Source: a virus. From it: a stretch of DNA of 64,000 nt. Under the pieces are notes generated by a model, which did not search any database, had not been told where the DNA came from, and saw nothing but the letters and a program-made list of their open reading frames with translations. The stretch is from IMG/VR virus record IMGVR_UViG_3300037493_007233, positions 9,647-73,646 of that record. One strand, given 5' to 3'. A program made the position numbers and the translations under genes. Shown here piece after piece: positions 29,196 to 39,840 of this stretch. Every line of letters starts with the position of its first letter. The stretch's first letter is position 1.

Positions 29196-29480
29196 TTATA
29201 TATCTTCATAGGGAAGCAATTTGGTAACCTTGATTTTAAGCTGCCCGTTGCCTTTGATTAATCTGTGCCATACCCCGGCTGGTACAAATATTTCTCCAGA
29301 GAAAGGAATTGGTAACTGGTTATCAAATTGGAATTTCCAGTCTGTATTTTCTACTACTTGGATTATCCTATCCTCTAGATCGATGTGCCATTTCAGTTCA
29401 TTCGTCTCGAGTTGGGGATCAAACAAACGGAGAAATATATTTTCCCCGAGACCTTTTTCTTCGAATGGGAGATTTACCAA
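29196..29480 (-). CDS. Small cupin-fold protein
   Basis: WHIDLEDR...IFVPAGVWHRLIKG. Confidence 0.65.
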   Translation of the reverse strand: MVNLPFEEKGLGENIFLRLFDPQLETNELKWHIDLEDRIIQVVENTDWKFQFDNQLPIPFSGEIFVPAGVWHRLIKGNGQLKIKVTKLLPYEDI

Positions 29481-30040
29481 GGGTTTTTAGATTTAATGCC
29501 TAATAATTTTCCATATCTTGCAACGTTACAAGACCAATATCTAGCTTTCCATTTAGGTCCTGGCTCTGAGCATCTGTGTCTTGCTCTGAAAGATCTAGAC
29601 CTAGCAGGATCGTCGTTTCTAATCCTCATTCCAGGTTGCCCAAATCTTACCATTACAACCTTTCCCTTATCATTTTTTGTATAGACAGCGAATTTTCTTG
29701 GAGCATTTGGAGTTCTGAAAGGTTTGTTTAAATCTACTTTTCTTCCCTGATATTCAGCTTCGAAAATATCATCATATTCAAATGGGATATCTAAAAGTAC
29801 TTCTCTACCTTCAAAAGTAGCTTTTTGACCTGCATCGGTGCTTATCAAAAAAACATCATCAAAATCTAGATCGATCTTGTTTTCTGCCCAAAGCTGTCTG
29901 GATTCATTGATAAGATCTAACCACGCATCAGATTCGATTCGATAAACGCTCTCCAATAGGGAAATATTTTCCTCTAAGTGGTAAGCTAATCCCTCGCTTA
30001 TTTGTGAGGTGCTGAACGAATTGAAGTCATGTATTCTCAT
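29474..30040 (-). CDS. DUF6321-like phage protein
   Basis: VRFGQPG...SFRARHRC...ARYWSC; likely start MRIHDF at 30040. Confidence 0.6.
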   Translation of the reverse strand: MRIHDFNSFSTSQISEGLAYHLEENISLLESVYRIESDAWLDLINESRQLWAENKIDLDFDDVFLISTDAGQKATFEGREVLLDIPFEYDDIFEAEYQGRKVDLNKPFRTPNAPRKFAVYTKNDKGKVVMVRFGQPGMRIRNDDPARSRSFRARHRCSEPGPKWKARYWSCNVARYGKLLGIKSKNPW

Positions 30041-30051
30041 ACAATTATATA

Positions 30052-30471
30052 TCAATCGTTACTTTGGGTAACCTCTGAAGATAAAAGTCTTTGAATCCTA
30101 TTTTTTGCTCTTTCTTGGAGTGGAATTGGATTACCCTCCTCGTCTATACAGACAAATTTGATATTAGTTTTAAGAATTATAGTTTGATTCCCGGTATAAA
30201 CGTTGTGCGCTCTAGCCTCCATGTAAAGTGTTATGGAGGTAGTTCCTAATTTTGAGGGTGACCCGTAAATTTTAATAAGCTGTCCTTCTTTAGCAGGCTT
30301 TTCAAAAAAACATTTGTCGATAGAAACCGTAACCATTCTGGGGGTATCACAAAGCTGCATAGAATATCCTGCAGCCGCAGCGTCGATCCAAGCCAAAAGC
30401 TTGCCGCCAAAAAGATTACCATGAAATCCCAAATCCGATTTTTTAATCGGATGTGTGTTTAGTAACTCCAT
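30052..30471 (-). CDS. Hotdog-fold acyl-CoA thioesterase (YciA-like)
   Basis: HGNLFGGKLLAWID, VTVSID, GTTSI, FVCIDEEGNP. Confidence 0.88.
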   Translation of the reverse strand: MELLNTHPIKKSDLGFHGNLFGGKLLAWIDAAAAGYSMQLCDTPRMVTVSIDKCFFEKPAKEGQLIKIYGSPSKLGTTSITLYMEARAHNVYTGNQTIILKTNIKFVCIDEEGNPIPLQERAKNRIQRLLSSEVTQSND

Positions 30472-31745
30472 TATGCTGGTTGTACTGGTTGCTTTTGAGC
30501 TTGTTGTTGTCTTAGTTTTTGAGCAGCAGCACCCCTAAATTGTTCAACATTCTTTGCAATCCTTTGCTGCTCTTGCTGGCCCATTTGCGGGAAGAAAGGC
30601 ATTTCCATAACTGCTTTCATTTTCTCGTATGCAATTTCTGGGTTTCCTGTATGGAATGCACATAAAGAGAATTCATCCAAAAGTCTCCATTGCCAAATTT
30701 CGGGTTCAACAAAAAGAATATCTGAAGTTCCCGGATTTTTCAAAGCCATACTTCCGTAGGTGAAAGCTAATACCCATCTTCCTTGCTCTCTCAATTTTCT
30801 CATGCAATGGAAAGCTGCCTCCAATCTTTCTGGTCTAAATTCCCAAGCTTTTGAATAAGCTTGAACAACTTCATCCGGATGTCTTCCGAGTCTTTCCTTA
30901 ATTCTTGCAATCATATAAAGAGCGTAGTAAACCTCTTCTGGCCATCCCCCAACATCTACCCTTCTTTGGTAAGCTTCAAGGGCCTTAAGGTTTTGACTAG
31001 AATCCCTGTAACTTTGTGCCAGATAAAACATGTATCGGGAATTGCTTGGATCCTTTTCTAGAGCTTTTTCAAGTATCTCAGCATCTTTGGAATATTTCTC
31101 CTCCAAGCTGTCTGCCCTTTTCAAAGGACTAATGTTTGCATTTACCTTACACTTATCTCCTGGGATCTGTGATTGAATAACAGGATCCTTTCCCTGGAGA
31201 TCCAAATACTCGTGCAAAACTCCTTTATAAGTCCAATCCTGATCAGATCTAACAATTTGAGCCCTGTGATATTGTAAAGAATTCAATCTATACATGATTT
31301 GGAAGCAATCAACTCCCTGAGGAAGTTCTGCAAAAGGATTAATTCCTGGGGTTTCTACTTCAAAAAGATCATCGGCATCAATAATCCAGCGGTAATCGCA
31401 GATTCCTTTTGATAGCTCCAAACTCTCTGTACGGTTAACCTCAAAATCAACCCAAGGTCTTTCGTGGATCTCACCAGGAATGTTAAGTTCTTCCATGGTT
31501 GACCTAATTTCATCTATGGTGTTATCTTTTGAACCGGTATCACAGATAACATAATATGAAATAAAAGGTGCTACCCTAGTTAAACATTTTCTAATTGTGT
31601 CGCCCTCATCTTTAACGATCATAACAAGACAAAAAGAAAAAGTTTGTCTTGGATCTTTGGGCGTAAATTTAGAATTTGTTTTAGGAGTTGGCTTTTTAGA
31701 AGCTTGTTTTGGTTTACTTGGATTATTTCTTTTAGAAGAGGCCAT
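30471..31745 (-). CDS. GT2-family glycosyltransferase with TPR repeats
   Basis: MIVKDE, DTGSKD, IDAD, GVLHE, RYMFYLAQSY. Confidence 0.88.
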   Translation of the reverse strand: MASSKRNNPSKPKQASKKPTPKTNSKFTPKDPRQTFSFCLVMIVKDEGDTIRKCLTRVAPFISYYVICDTGSKDNTIDEIRSTMEELNIPGEIHERPWVDFEVNRTESLELSKGICDYRWIIDADDLFEVETPGINPFAELPQGVDCFQIMYRLNSLQYHRAQIVRSDQDWTYKGVLHEYLDLQGKDPVIQSQIPGDKCKVNANISPLKRADSLEEKYSKDAEILEKALEKDPSNSRYMFYLAQSYRDSSQNLKALEAYQRRVDVGGWPEEVYYALYMIARIKERLGRHPDEVVQAYSKAWEFRPERLEAAFHCMRKLREQGRWVLAFTYGSMALKNPGTSDILFVEPEIWQWRLLDEFSLCAFHTGNPEIAYEKMKAVMEMPFFPQMGQQEQQRIAKNVEQFRGAAAQKLRQQQAQKQPVQPA

Positions 31746-31794
31746 AAGAGTTTATCTTTCTCTTTATACCTCAAAACTTAGAAATATTTCATCC

Positions 31795-32484
31795 TTAACC
31801 CCGGACTATTTCGGTTATTCTTTCTAAAATAAGTCCTTCACTAAGAGATAAAGAAAAATCACCCTTTATCTTAAGAGGTGACTTAGAACTATCCGATACC
31901 AATTCTATGTTAAAAAATCCTTCCTCCGTTGGCATCTCTTCTTCGAGATTAACATCACTTGAAACAAAAGTAGACTTAGACATTGATCTGCCATTCCAAA
32001 CAACCAATGTCAAATTATCCAATTTAGCGTCTAGAGTTCTGATGACTTGATTTTCTCTGAGTGACTCAAGCTTAATTCCTATTCTGTAATCAGATCCACG
32101 GGAAACAAAAGAAATCATGGAATGACCTCTCCCTTCTACTAATCCGGGTATAGTGTTATTCTTTAAAGAAAACAAAGGGTAAGATCCGTTGAATTTATGC
32201 TTTCTAAAAGCAATTGAAGATGACTTAAAGTATTCACAAACCCAGTTGATCAAGGTATCGTCTGAAACTTTCTTCTTAAAATCAAAATAGGCAACAGGGT
32301 GATTACCACCTACCACTTTAACCGGCTTAATTTCTAAGGACATTTCTGAAAGATAATTCTGAAATGATTCTGCTATCTTTGCTAACTGGTTATGCTCTGA
32401 AATGTGGATTTTTCCTTTGAGATCGATCTCCTTCTCAAAATTTTCTATAAAAGTTGATAGCAAGCTATCCTTAGCGCTCTTCAT
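31795..32484 (-). CDS. Hypothetical protein
   Basis: 229 aa ORF. Confidence 0.65.
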   Translation of the reverse strand: MKSAKDSLLSTFIENFEKEIDLKGKIHISEHNQLAKIAESFQNYLSEMSLEIKPVKVVGGNHPVAYFDFKKKVSDDTLINWVCEYFKSSSIAFRKHKFNGSYPLFSLKNNTIPGLVEGRGHSMISFVSRGSDYRIGIKLESLRENQVIRTLDAKLDNLTLVVWNGRSMSKSTFVSSDVNLEEEMPTEEGFFNIELVSDSSKSPLKIKGDFSLSLSEGLILERITEIVRG

Positions 32485-32488
32485 TTTA

Positions 32489-32920
32489 TTATCGATTAGA
32501 TTTATTTATCCTCCTCCACGAAAAATCAGTATCCAGTTTGAAGTGTCCAAGAAATTGATATTTCCCGTTCCATTCTTCAGGTGAAATTAAGCTACAGAAT
32601 TTTTCACCATCATCTTTAATATAAACATAAATTTCAGAACCAACGTTTGGTTCAAACGAAAGTTTGGAGTCCCAAATCATTTCGTTATCTGAAAATTCTT
32701 GAAACAAGGACTCAATTTGTTCCTTGATTTCTTCAGCCCTTTTTGAAAACTTGTGATTAGCCTTTGCTAAACTATTCGCCTTAAACAATGCTACATCAGG
32801 GAGATCAATCTTAGGCCCAGATATATTTGTCGAATAAGTTTTTAGAAAAGAATCATATAGGTTTTTCTGAGGATCAAAGACTACTGCATCAGGCAGATTT
32901 TTCTTCTTTCTTCTTTCCAT
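32489..32920 (-). CDS. DUF2452-like protein
   Basis: Y..N..GPKI, FEPNVG..YVY, SLISPEEW. Confidence 0.65.
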   Translation of the reverse strand: MERRKKKNLPDAVVFDPQKNLYDSFLKTYSTNISGPKIDLPDVALFKANSLAKANHKFSKRAEEIKEQIESLFQEFSDNEMIWDSKLSFEPNVGSEIYVYIKDDGEKFCSLISPEEWNGKYQFLGHFKLDTDFSWRRINKSNR

Positions 32921-33539
32921 CTTTGGTCTTTAATCCTAACGCTTTTGTAACTGCTTTGTATACTTCTTCGCTCCCTTGTGAAGCGTCGAATTTTTTTAAT
33001 CTTCTACTCTTCTTATAAAGGTCGATTAAAGGAGAAGTTTTTTCCTCGTATGTTCTAAATCTCTTACCTACCACCTCAGGGTCTTTATCGTCTTCCCTGT
33101 TTTCTTTCTCTGCTCTTTTTAGAATTCTCTTTTTGGCTGTTTCCTCATCTAAATCTAAATAGATCGCATGATTTAGACCTACCCCAAGTTTTCCTAAGAG
33201 TGAATCAAGCATCCCTGCTTGTTTGATTGTTCTTGGGAATCCATCCAGAATAATTCCTTTAGAAAGATCTACTTTGCCAAGTTCTTTTCTCAGCATTTTG
33301 ACCATAGTTTTATCATCAGCATATTCGCCTTTAGCAATTTTTGCTTTAAGCTCTTTATCGTCAGAATTTCTGATCAAATCTCCGGTTGAAATGTGGGTGA
33401 ATCCGTTTCTCTCCGCCAATTTGGTCGAAAATGTTCCTTTACCCGAACCAGGAGGTCCCATGATAATTAGGATTTTTCCTTGAACATCGGGTAATTCCCT
33501 TTCGTTCAAAAACTCTGCAAAATTTTTAACGGTTTCCAT
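32889..33539 (-). CDS. adk: Adenylate kinase (short LID)
   Basis: GPPGSGKGT, HISTGDLIR, LDGFPRT..QA, REDD. Confidence 0.93.
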   Translation of the reverse strand: METVKNFAEFLNERELPDVQGKILIIMGPPGSGKGTFSTKLAERNGFTHISTGDLIRNSDDKELKAKIAKGEYADDKTMVKMLRKELGKVDLSKGIILDGFPRTIKQAGMLDSLLGKLGVGLNHAIYLDLDEETAKKRILKRAEKENREDDKDPEVVGKRFRTYEEKTSPLIDLYKKSRRLKKFDASQGSEEVYKAVTKALGLKTKDGKKKEEKSA

Positions 33540-33543
33540 GCTG

Positions 33544-33551
33544 TATTTATC
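33544..33551 (-). promoter_or_regulatory. Putative late promoter GATAAATA
   Basis: 4 nt upstream of adk ATG. Confidence 0.55.
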
Positions 33552-33557
33552 CTAATT

Positions 33558-33974
33558 TTATTCTGGAAAAATCTCTACTATTTTTTCCACTCGGACTAGG
33601 TCATCCCATACCCCATTATATCTGGTAGCTCTAACGGTATGATTATCAATCCAGTGGTAATTACCACCTCTGGGCTTGTTTAATAGGAGATTATGATATT
33701 TGAATCCATGCTTTTCCAACCATTCTTTTGTAACAAGTTCATGCTCGTCTGTTCTAGAGGTAAAGAATGTAATTATATGGCCTTGAGCATACCAGGTGTT
33801 AATAATATTTACTGCTCCTTCATATGGAAGACAAGTAGACATTCTTTCTGGCTCTTCGTTAGGTACATCTTCAGTAATAGTCCCGTCGATGTCTATTAGA
33901 TAATTCTTGGTTTCCTTAGAAAGAACTGGGGAAATTGCTCTCCCCAGTTCATCTCTTTCCGTATTTAATTTCAT
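33558..33974 (-). CDS. HAD-superfamily phosphatase (LNS2/polynucleotide-phosphatase-like)
   Basis: IDIDGT, FTSR, T..WL, KPR, WIDN. Confidence 0.8.
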   Translation of the reverse strand: MKLNTERDELGRAISPVLSKETKNYLIDIDGTITEDVPNEEPERMSTCLPYEGAVNIINTWYAQGHIITFFTSRTDEHELVTKEWLEKHGFKYHNLLLNKPRGGNYHWIDNHTVRATRYNGVWDDLVRVEKIVEIFPE

Positions 33975-33986
33975 CTTAAATAAAAT

Positions 33987-36455
33987 TTATGATCCGCAAG
34001 CTAAACAATCTTCGGGATTATCTAGACTACAGGTAAGATCAGACATAGTTTGGCTTGCAAGTGCTGCAAGTTCTGCGTTTGGTGCTTCCTGAACTGGCTT
34101 TGCTTCTACAACAGGTGCTACTGTTTCTTTAGGAGCTTGATATTTAGAAACATCCATACCAAGTCCAGCCAAAGCATCAACTGCAGCCTTCGTTCTTAAG
34201 TAGTACATGCCCGTTTTCAATCCCAATTTCCAAGAATGGAAATGAGCTGCAGTGAGTTTAGCTGCATTAACGTTTTCGATGAAAAGGTTTAAAGACTGTG
34301 ATTGACAGATAAATCTACCTCTATCAGCAGACATCTCGATCAAATCCTTCTGCTTAATCTCCCAAACAGTTTTATAAACATCCTTAAGGTCTTGAGGTAT
34401 CCCTGGGACATTTTGAACTGATCCTTTATTGATGATAATAAGATTTTTAATATCCTCCGTCCAAAGACCCAAAGAGATCAAATCTTTTACCAAGTGCTTA
34501 TTGACAACGATGAATTCTCCACTTAGAGTACGACGAGTGTAAATGTTAGAAGTAAAAGGTTCGAAAGCCTCGTTGTTACCCATGATTTGAGCTGTAGAAG
34601 CGGTAGGCATAGGTGCAAGAAGCAAAGAATTTCTTGCTCCGTGCTTCATTACGTCTTTTCTAAGTTTAGCCCAATCCCAACGACCTGAAAGCTCATCGTC
34701 TTGAACTCCCCATAGGTTGAACTGTAACTTACCTTGGCTCAAAGGAGAACCGGGGAAGGTTTCATAGTGGCCGTTTTTCTTGGCCAAATCCATTGAAGCA
34801 GTCATTGAAGCAAAATAGATAGTTTCAAAAAGTTCAGAATTTATCTTACGTGCTTCTTCTGATGAGAATGGCAATCCCATAATTGCATAAAGATCCGCCA
34901 ATCCCTGAATACCGATTCCAATTGGGCGGTGTCTCATGTTAGACTTTAATGTCTCTGGAGTAGGGTAATAGTTAACATCGATTACTTTGTTCAGATTTAG
35001 TGTTGTCTGATAGGTAACGTTGTAAAGAAGCTCGTGATCAATTTCACACTTGCCTCTCATTAACTTAGATGTTCTATTGTCAGTTGATCTTAAAAATTTG
35101 TTAACTGGAATTGAAGCCAAGTTACAAACTGCTGTCTCATCTTTGTCGGTATATTCTATGATTTCCGTACAAAGGTTAGACGATTTAATAGTGCCTAAGT
35201 TCTGCTGGTTTGATTTCCTATTAGCAGCATCTTTATAAAGAATATAAGGGGTGCCAGTCTCAATTTGTGACTCTATGATTTTTGCCCAAAGATCTCTAGC
35301 TTTCAGGGTCCTTCTTGCCTTGCCAGCTGCTTCAGCTGCTAGGAAAACCTCATTGAACTCCTGTCCATAAATTTCATGAAGACCAGGAACTTCTGAAGGT
35401 GAGAATAGTGGCCATTCACCATCTGCTTCTACTCTTTCCATAAACAAATCCGGGATCCAAAGTGCCAAGAATAAATCTCTAGCTCTTCTTTCTTCTTTAC
35501 CCGTATTCTTTCTTAATTCTAAGAAGTCCTCCACGTCGGCGTGCCATGGCTCCAAATAGATTGCAAATGATCCCTTTCTCTTTCCACCTCCTTGATCTAC
35601 GTATCTTGCAGTCTCATTAAACACCTTAAGCATCGGAACGATACCGTTTGACTTACCGTTTGTTCCTCTGATATAAGAACCGGTAGCTCTTACGTTGTGG
35701 ATAGAAAGACCAATACCTCCAGCGTTCTGAGAAATAAGAGCAACATCAGAAAGTGTCTTATAAATTCCAGGAATAGAGTCATCACTCATGCTCAGCAAAA
35801 AGCAAGATGAAAGCTGTGGCTTTTTGGTTCCTGCGTTGAAAAGAGTAGGGGTTGCATGAGTCATCATGTGTGTAGAAAGAAGCTCATAAGTTTTAATCGC
35901 ATTCTTAATATCTTCGCCCCAAATACCAACTGCAACTCTCATATACATATGTTGGGGGGTTTCAGCTGGCTTACCAAACATTTTCAGAAGATAGCTTTTC
36001 TCTAGAGTTTTAAAACCAAAGTATTCAAAATTAAAATCTCTATCGTGAATAACTGCAGAATCCAGTTTATCACGATTATTCATAACAACCTCATAGGTTT
36101 CATCAGAGATAAGAGCTGCTTCCTTTCCAGTTTCTGGATCGATGTATGAGTAAAGATCTTGGATGGTTTCAGAGAATTTTTTCTTTGTTGTTTTATGAAG
36201 TCTCGAAACCGCAATACGGGATGCTAAGATGGAATAATCTGGATGTTTTGGGATCAACGAAGCTGCTGTCTCTGCTGCTAAGTTATCTAATTCCCAAGTT
36301 GAAATTCCATCAAAAATACCACCGATTACTTTTTGAGAGATCTCAATAGCATCAACAAAATCTTGGTTTAATCCGTAAGTTACCTTTCTAACACGATTAG
36401 AGATCTTATCGAATCTAACCGCTTCTCTTGAACCGTCTCTTTTTACTACAAACAT
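33987..36455 (-). CDS. nrdA: Ribonucleotide reductase class Ia alpha subunit with ATP cone
   Basis: VVKRDG, ATPTLFN, SSCFL, SNLCTEI, AVCNL, PTASTAQ, KTGMYY, C-terminal CLACGS. Confidence 0.97.
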   Translation of the reverse strand: MFVVKRDGSREAVRFDKISNRVRKVTYGLNQDFVDAIEISQKVIGGIFDGISTWELDNLAAETAASLIPKHPDYSILASRIAVSRLHKTTKKKFSETIQDLYSYIDPETGKEAALISDETYEVVMNNRDKLDSAVIHDRDFNFEYFGFKTLEKSYLLKMFGKPAETPQHMYMRVAVGIWGEDIKNAIKTYELLSTHMMTHATPTLFNAGTKKPQLSSCFLLSMSDDSIPGIYKTLSDVALISQNAGGIGLSIHNVRATGSYIRGTNGKSNGIVPMLKVFNETARYVDQGGGKRKGSFAIYLEPWHADVEDFLELRKNTGKEERRARDLFLALWIPDLFMERVEADGEWPLFSPSEVPGLHEIYGQEFNEVFLAAEAAGKARRTLKARDLWAKIIESQIETGTPYILYKDAANRKSNQQNLGTIKSSNLCTEIIEYTDKDETAVCNLASIPVNKFLRSTDNRTSKLMRGKCEIDHELLYNVTYQTTLNLNKVIDVNYYPTPETLKSNMRHRPIGIGIQGLADLYAIMGLPFSSEEARKINSELFETIYFASMTASMDLAKKNGHYETFPGSPLSQGKLQFNLWGVQDDELSGRWDWAKLRKDVMKHGARNSLLLAPMPTASTAQIMGNNEAFEPFTSNIYTRRTLSGEFIVVNKHLVKDLISLGLWTEDIKNLIIINKGSVQNVPGIPQDLKDVYKTVWEIKQKDLIEMSADRGRFICQSQSLNLFIENVNAAKLTAAHFHSWKLGLKTGMYYLRTKAAVDALAGLGMDVSKYQAPKETVAPVVEAKPVQEAPNAELAALASQTMSDLTCSLDNPEDCLACGS

Positions 36456-36475
36456 TTTTCTTTATAATTATTTTT

Positions 36476-37459
36476 TTAGAATTCCACGTCCATATCGAAC
36501 GCATTTTCGGAGGAATTTAGCACCCCAGCTTTTTGATATTCACCGACTCTCTTTTCAAAGAAATTTGTTTTTCCCTGCAGAGAAATGTTTTGCATGAAAT
36601 CAAAAGGATTTTCGACACCATAAACTTTAGAGCATCCAAGATCAACAAGCAATCTGTCTGCAACAAATTCTAGGTATTGCTTCATCAAATCAGAATTCAT
36701 ACCAATCAAACGGACGGGCAAAGATTCTGTGATAAATTCTTTTTCAATCTCCAGAGCACCAGTAATAATTTCTTTAATACGTGCCTCTGAAACTTTGTTT
36801 GCTAAATATTTGTTATGGAGAAGAACTGCAAAATCAGTGTGCATTCCCTCGTCTCTTGAAATCAATTCGTTAGAGAAAGATAGTCCTGGCATCAAACCTC
36901 TTTTCTTCAACCAGAAGATCGAGCAGAAAGATCCAGAAAAGAAGATGCCCTCAACAGCTGCAAATGCAATCAATCTTTCTTGGAAATGAGGAGATCCAAT
37001 CCACTTTAAAGCCCATTCAGCTTTCTTTTGTACAGCTGCGATTGTATCAATAGCATGGAAAAGCTTATGCTTTTCTGCTGGATCTGTGATGTAAGTATCA
37101 ATCAGCAAAGAGTATGTCTCTGAATGGACATTCTCCATCATGATCTGAAATCCATAGAAGAATTTTGCCTCAGTGTATTGTACTTCCTTCACAAAATTTT
37201 CTGCAAGGTTTTCGTTTACGATTCCATCAGAAGCAGCGAAGAACGCAAGAACGTTTTTAACGAAGTATTTTTCATCCTCGCTTAAGACGTTTCTCCAATC
37301 ATCCAAGTCAGCCGAAAGGTCAATTTCCTCCGCAGTCCAAATGCACGCCTGTTGTTTTTTATATTCTTCCCATAGCTCCTGGTGCTGAATGGGGAAAATA
37401 ACGAATCTGTCAGGATTTTCTTTTAAAATCGGTTCCGGTAGCGAATATTCTTCCATCAT
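36476..37459 (-). CDS. nrdB: Ribonucleotide reductase class Ia beta subunit
   Basis: [44 protein letters not shown]. Confidence 0.97.
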   Translation of the reverse strand: MMEEYSLPEPILKENPDRFVIFPIQHQELWEEYKKQQACIWTAEEIDLSADLDDWRNVLSEDEKYFVKNVLAFFAASDGIVNENLAENFVKEVQYTEAKFFYGFQIMMENVHSETYSLLIDTYITDPAEKHKLFHAIDTIAAVQKKAEWALKWIGSPHFQERLIAFAAVEGIFFSGSFCSIFWLKKRGLMPGLSFSNELISRDEGMHTDFAVLLHNKYLANKVSEARIKEIITGALEIEKEFITESLPVRLIGMNSDLMKQYLEFVADRLLVDLGCSKVYGVENPFDFMQNISLQGKTNFFEKRVGEYQKAGVLNSSENAFDMDVEF

Positions 37460-37494
37460 TGTTTTTATTTTTTTCTCTTAATTTTTAGTTATTT

Positions 37495-37962
37495 TTAGTA
37501 ATTGTTAGCTTGACGCCTTCTGTTCTCCTCGTTTTTCGACATGTACATATTGTACATTTCTTGAGAAGTCATTCCAATTGATGCAGCATAATTCATGAAA
37601 AAATGAAGCATATCGATTATTTCAAATTTGCACTCAACCTGATCAGATTCAGACAAATCTGAAAATTTCTTGTCAGAAAATGAGCTATAAGCTTTCTTCC
37701 ATCTCTTCCAAATTGCATTTCCATCGCCGTCTTTAATACCTCCGAGAGCATCTGTTGCCTCGTGGATTTCGTCAATCAAAGCGTGATTGTTCATGTGCCA
37801 GAATTCCATTAATTCTCTTAGCGACATGTTGGAAAAATCGTATCCGTAGACTGTTTCCTGAGTCGAAGCTTGTAAATTTAAAATGTCACCTAAGGTGTCT
37901 TGAGAAAGAGAATAGAGATCTTTGATCTCGAGGTCTGAACATGTATTATCTGTATTAGCCAT
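37495..37962 (-). CDS. T4 gp56-like dCTPase/dUTPase (all-alpha)
   Basis: IDEIHE, WKRWK, KFEIIDMLHF, KNEENRRRQ..NY. Confidence 0.8.
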   Translation of the reverse strand: MANTDNTCSDLEIKDLYSLSQDTLGDILNLQASTQETVYGYDFSNMSLRELMEFWHMNNHALIDEIHEATDALGGIKDGDGNAIWKRWKKAYSSFSDKKFSDLSESDQVECKFEIIDMLHFFMNYAASIGMTSQEMYNMYMSKNEENRRRQANNY

Positions 37963-38049
37963 ATTTTATTTTTTCTTCCTTCCCCCTGGTAACATTGGGT
38001 TTTTTATATATCAAGTTGACTTTGAAACCAGAGGAAAGTTGTGAGGGTT

Positions 38050-39453
38050 TTACGTTAATTTTTTTAATTGTTTCCCCAACTGGTCAATTTCTATTTCAAG
38101 TTTCAGCATTCGGTCTTTGGTAGCCCTTCTTTTGGCGTAAAGATCCTTAATTATCGTCTTCAGTATTGGGCTTTCATTGTCACCTCCGAAGATAGCACCA
38201 GAGGAAGTTTTAATCCATCCTTCTTTTAGGTCAAGGAGATTTTTTCCTTTATAAACTTCGGGAGAGATCCCCCATTGAACGATGGTGTTAGGGTACAGTG
38301 AAGCAAAGTCATAACAAGCTACCCATTCGTGCAATCCTACGATGGGCTCCTTCACGTATCCACCTATAAATTTGACGTGTGACTCTTCTTTTCTTTCGTT
38401 CACGAACACCTGTTTTCTTTCCAGGAATTTCCTAAGCATCATAACCTCGGTAGACCAAACAGGGGAAAGAGCTCTGTTGATTTCCACCCCGTTGAGATTT
38501 GCTATCTTAAAGAAAGTTAGGAGTGTTCCTAGCTTTTTATCGATGTAATGAACAAGCGCACAGTCAATTGCGTTATAGAAAATGAATTTGACAAAATCAG
38601 ATTGATAAAGATCCCTTAGAGACCCGTCATAGTGAATCTTTTTAAGGCCAGTTGCTTTTTCAGCAACGTAGTCCAAACGATTTGATTCTTTAATCTTAAT
38701 TACTCTATCCCACTTCTTGTAGATCTCAAGGTAATCGACCATTAGCAAGTGGACTGGTAATTGGTTTTGCCCGATAAGATATCCGCCCGGAGAAATAATC
38801 TTTGGATCGATGCCCAATCTTTTTGCACGATTGAGCAAATACGGCCAGTCATATCCAAACCAGTTCCATCCTGTGATCAAAGCCATTTTAGGCGCAAGAT
38901 CTTTGAAGAAGGTATACATCATGTCGTATTCCGACTCAAACTGCATATACTTAAAAGACCATTCGTCTCCCATCTTAGAAAGGTACTCGTTAGTCTGCTT
39001 ATAGATATCTGCTTGCTGTTCCGGTGTGAGCGGATCCAGACCAAGGACTATGAGTTTACATTTATCTGTTGCAATACCAATTGAAAGAACTTTATTTTTT
39101 GCGTTGACAGTATCGAGAGAATCCGCCATTTCATCAGTCATCTCAACCTCAATATCGACGAAGTATTTCTTAGGGGTTTGGAAATCCCAAAAAGGCTGAG
39201 TTAAATCCTTGTCCGCTTGTTCCAAAAGCTGCACTATCCGATACTTATCGTATTTTTGACTTTTAGATTTCTTAACTGCGGATCCGTCCCAGTTTTTCCA
39301 ATCCTGATCTCTTAGTCTGTCACTTGCTGAGCATTTTTCCCAGACGAATCTTTCTGTCTCTGGGATTGGCACTTCGATAAACACCATATCACCTTCAGGA
39401 GAGAAGGTAGACACTTTCAAATGGGTCCCTTTATTTTCTATATCTACAATCAT
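38050..39453 (-). CDS. Family B DNA polymerase, N-terminal subunit (3'-5' exonuclease plus motif A)
   Basis: ExoI DIE, ExoII GWNWFGYD, ExoIII YNAID, GGYVKEP, motif A DFASLYP. Confidence 0.92.
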   Translation of the reverse strand: MIVDIENKGTHLKVSTFSPEGDMVFIEVPIPETERFVWEKCSASDRLRDQDWKNWDGSAVKKSKSQKYDKYRIVQLLEQADKDLTQPFWDFQTPKKYFVDIEVEMTDEMADSLDTVNAKNKVLSIGIATDKCKLIVLGLDPLTPEQQADIYKQTNEYLSKMGDEWSFKYMQFESEYDMMYTFFKDLAPKMALITGWNWFGYDWPYLLNRAKRLGIDPKIISPGGYLIGQNQLPVHLLMVDYLEIYKKWDRVIKIKESNRLDYVAEKATGLKKIHYDGSLRDLYQSDFVKFIFYNAIDCALVHYIDKKLGTLLTFFKIANLNGVEINRALSPVWSTEVMMLRKFLERKQVFVNERKEESHVKFIGGYVKEPIVGLHEWVACYDFASLYPNTIVQWGISPEVYKGKNLLDLKEGWIKTSSGAIFGGDNESPILKTIIKDLYAKRRATKDRMLKLEIEIDQLGKQLKKLT

Positions 39454-39508
39454 TCTATTCTTTATTTAGTTCAAAATCCTGAGGGGTTTGGATTGATATA
39501 TAAACCAT

Positions 39509-39826
39509 ATGTCTAGCAGGGTTAAAAGTTTCGAAAATTATATTCAAGAAAGCTTCCCACCAGGAGTGGTAGAGGTTCCTGGCCAGTGGTACAAGGATAA
39601 TGTCAATTCAAGAAACTACAGGCCAGCTCACACGCAGATGCCAAGTGTTGTTGACGATCTTTACAACAGGACAGATCTTTATACTTATTTAGACCAATTG
39701 GCTGAGGAGGAAGAGTTTCAGAAAATGCTATCTTCGAATGATAAAGATTCGAAGAAAATTGTGAATTACGTTAAAAAAAGAATTCACGAGGAGCTTTCAC
39801 ATTCTGCAAAGGTAGATTCTAAATAA
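39509..39826 (+). CDS. Hypothetical protein, putative virion-internal
   Basis: VKSFENYIQES; GATATATA at 39495-39502. Confidence 0.65.
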   Translation: MSSRVKSFENYIQESFPPGVVEVPGQWYKDNVNSRNYRPAHTQMPSVVDDLYNRTDLYTYLDQLAEEEEFQKMLSSNDKDSKKIVNYVKKRIHEELSHSAKVDSK

Positions 39827-39840
39827 AACTTGAATGCGCT

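Noticed and set aside
18535-39453. Split intein or intron joining the polymerase halves
   Set aside because: No intein N- or C-terminal motifs at the junctions; the intervening DNA is ordinary genes
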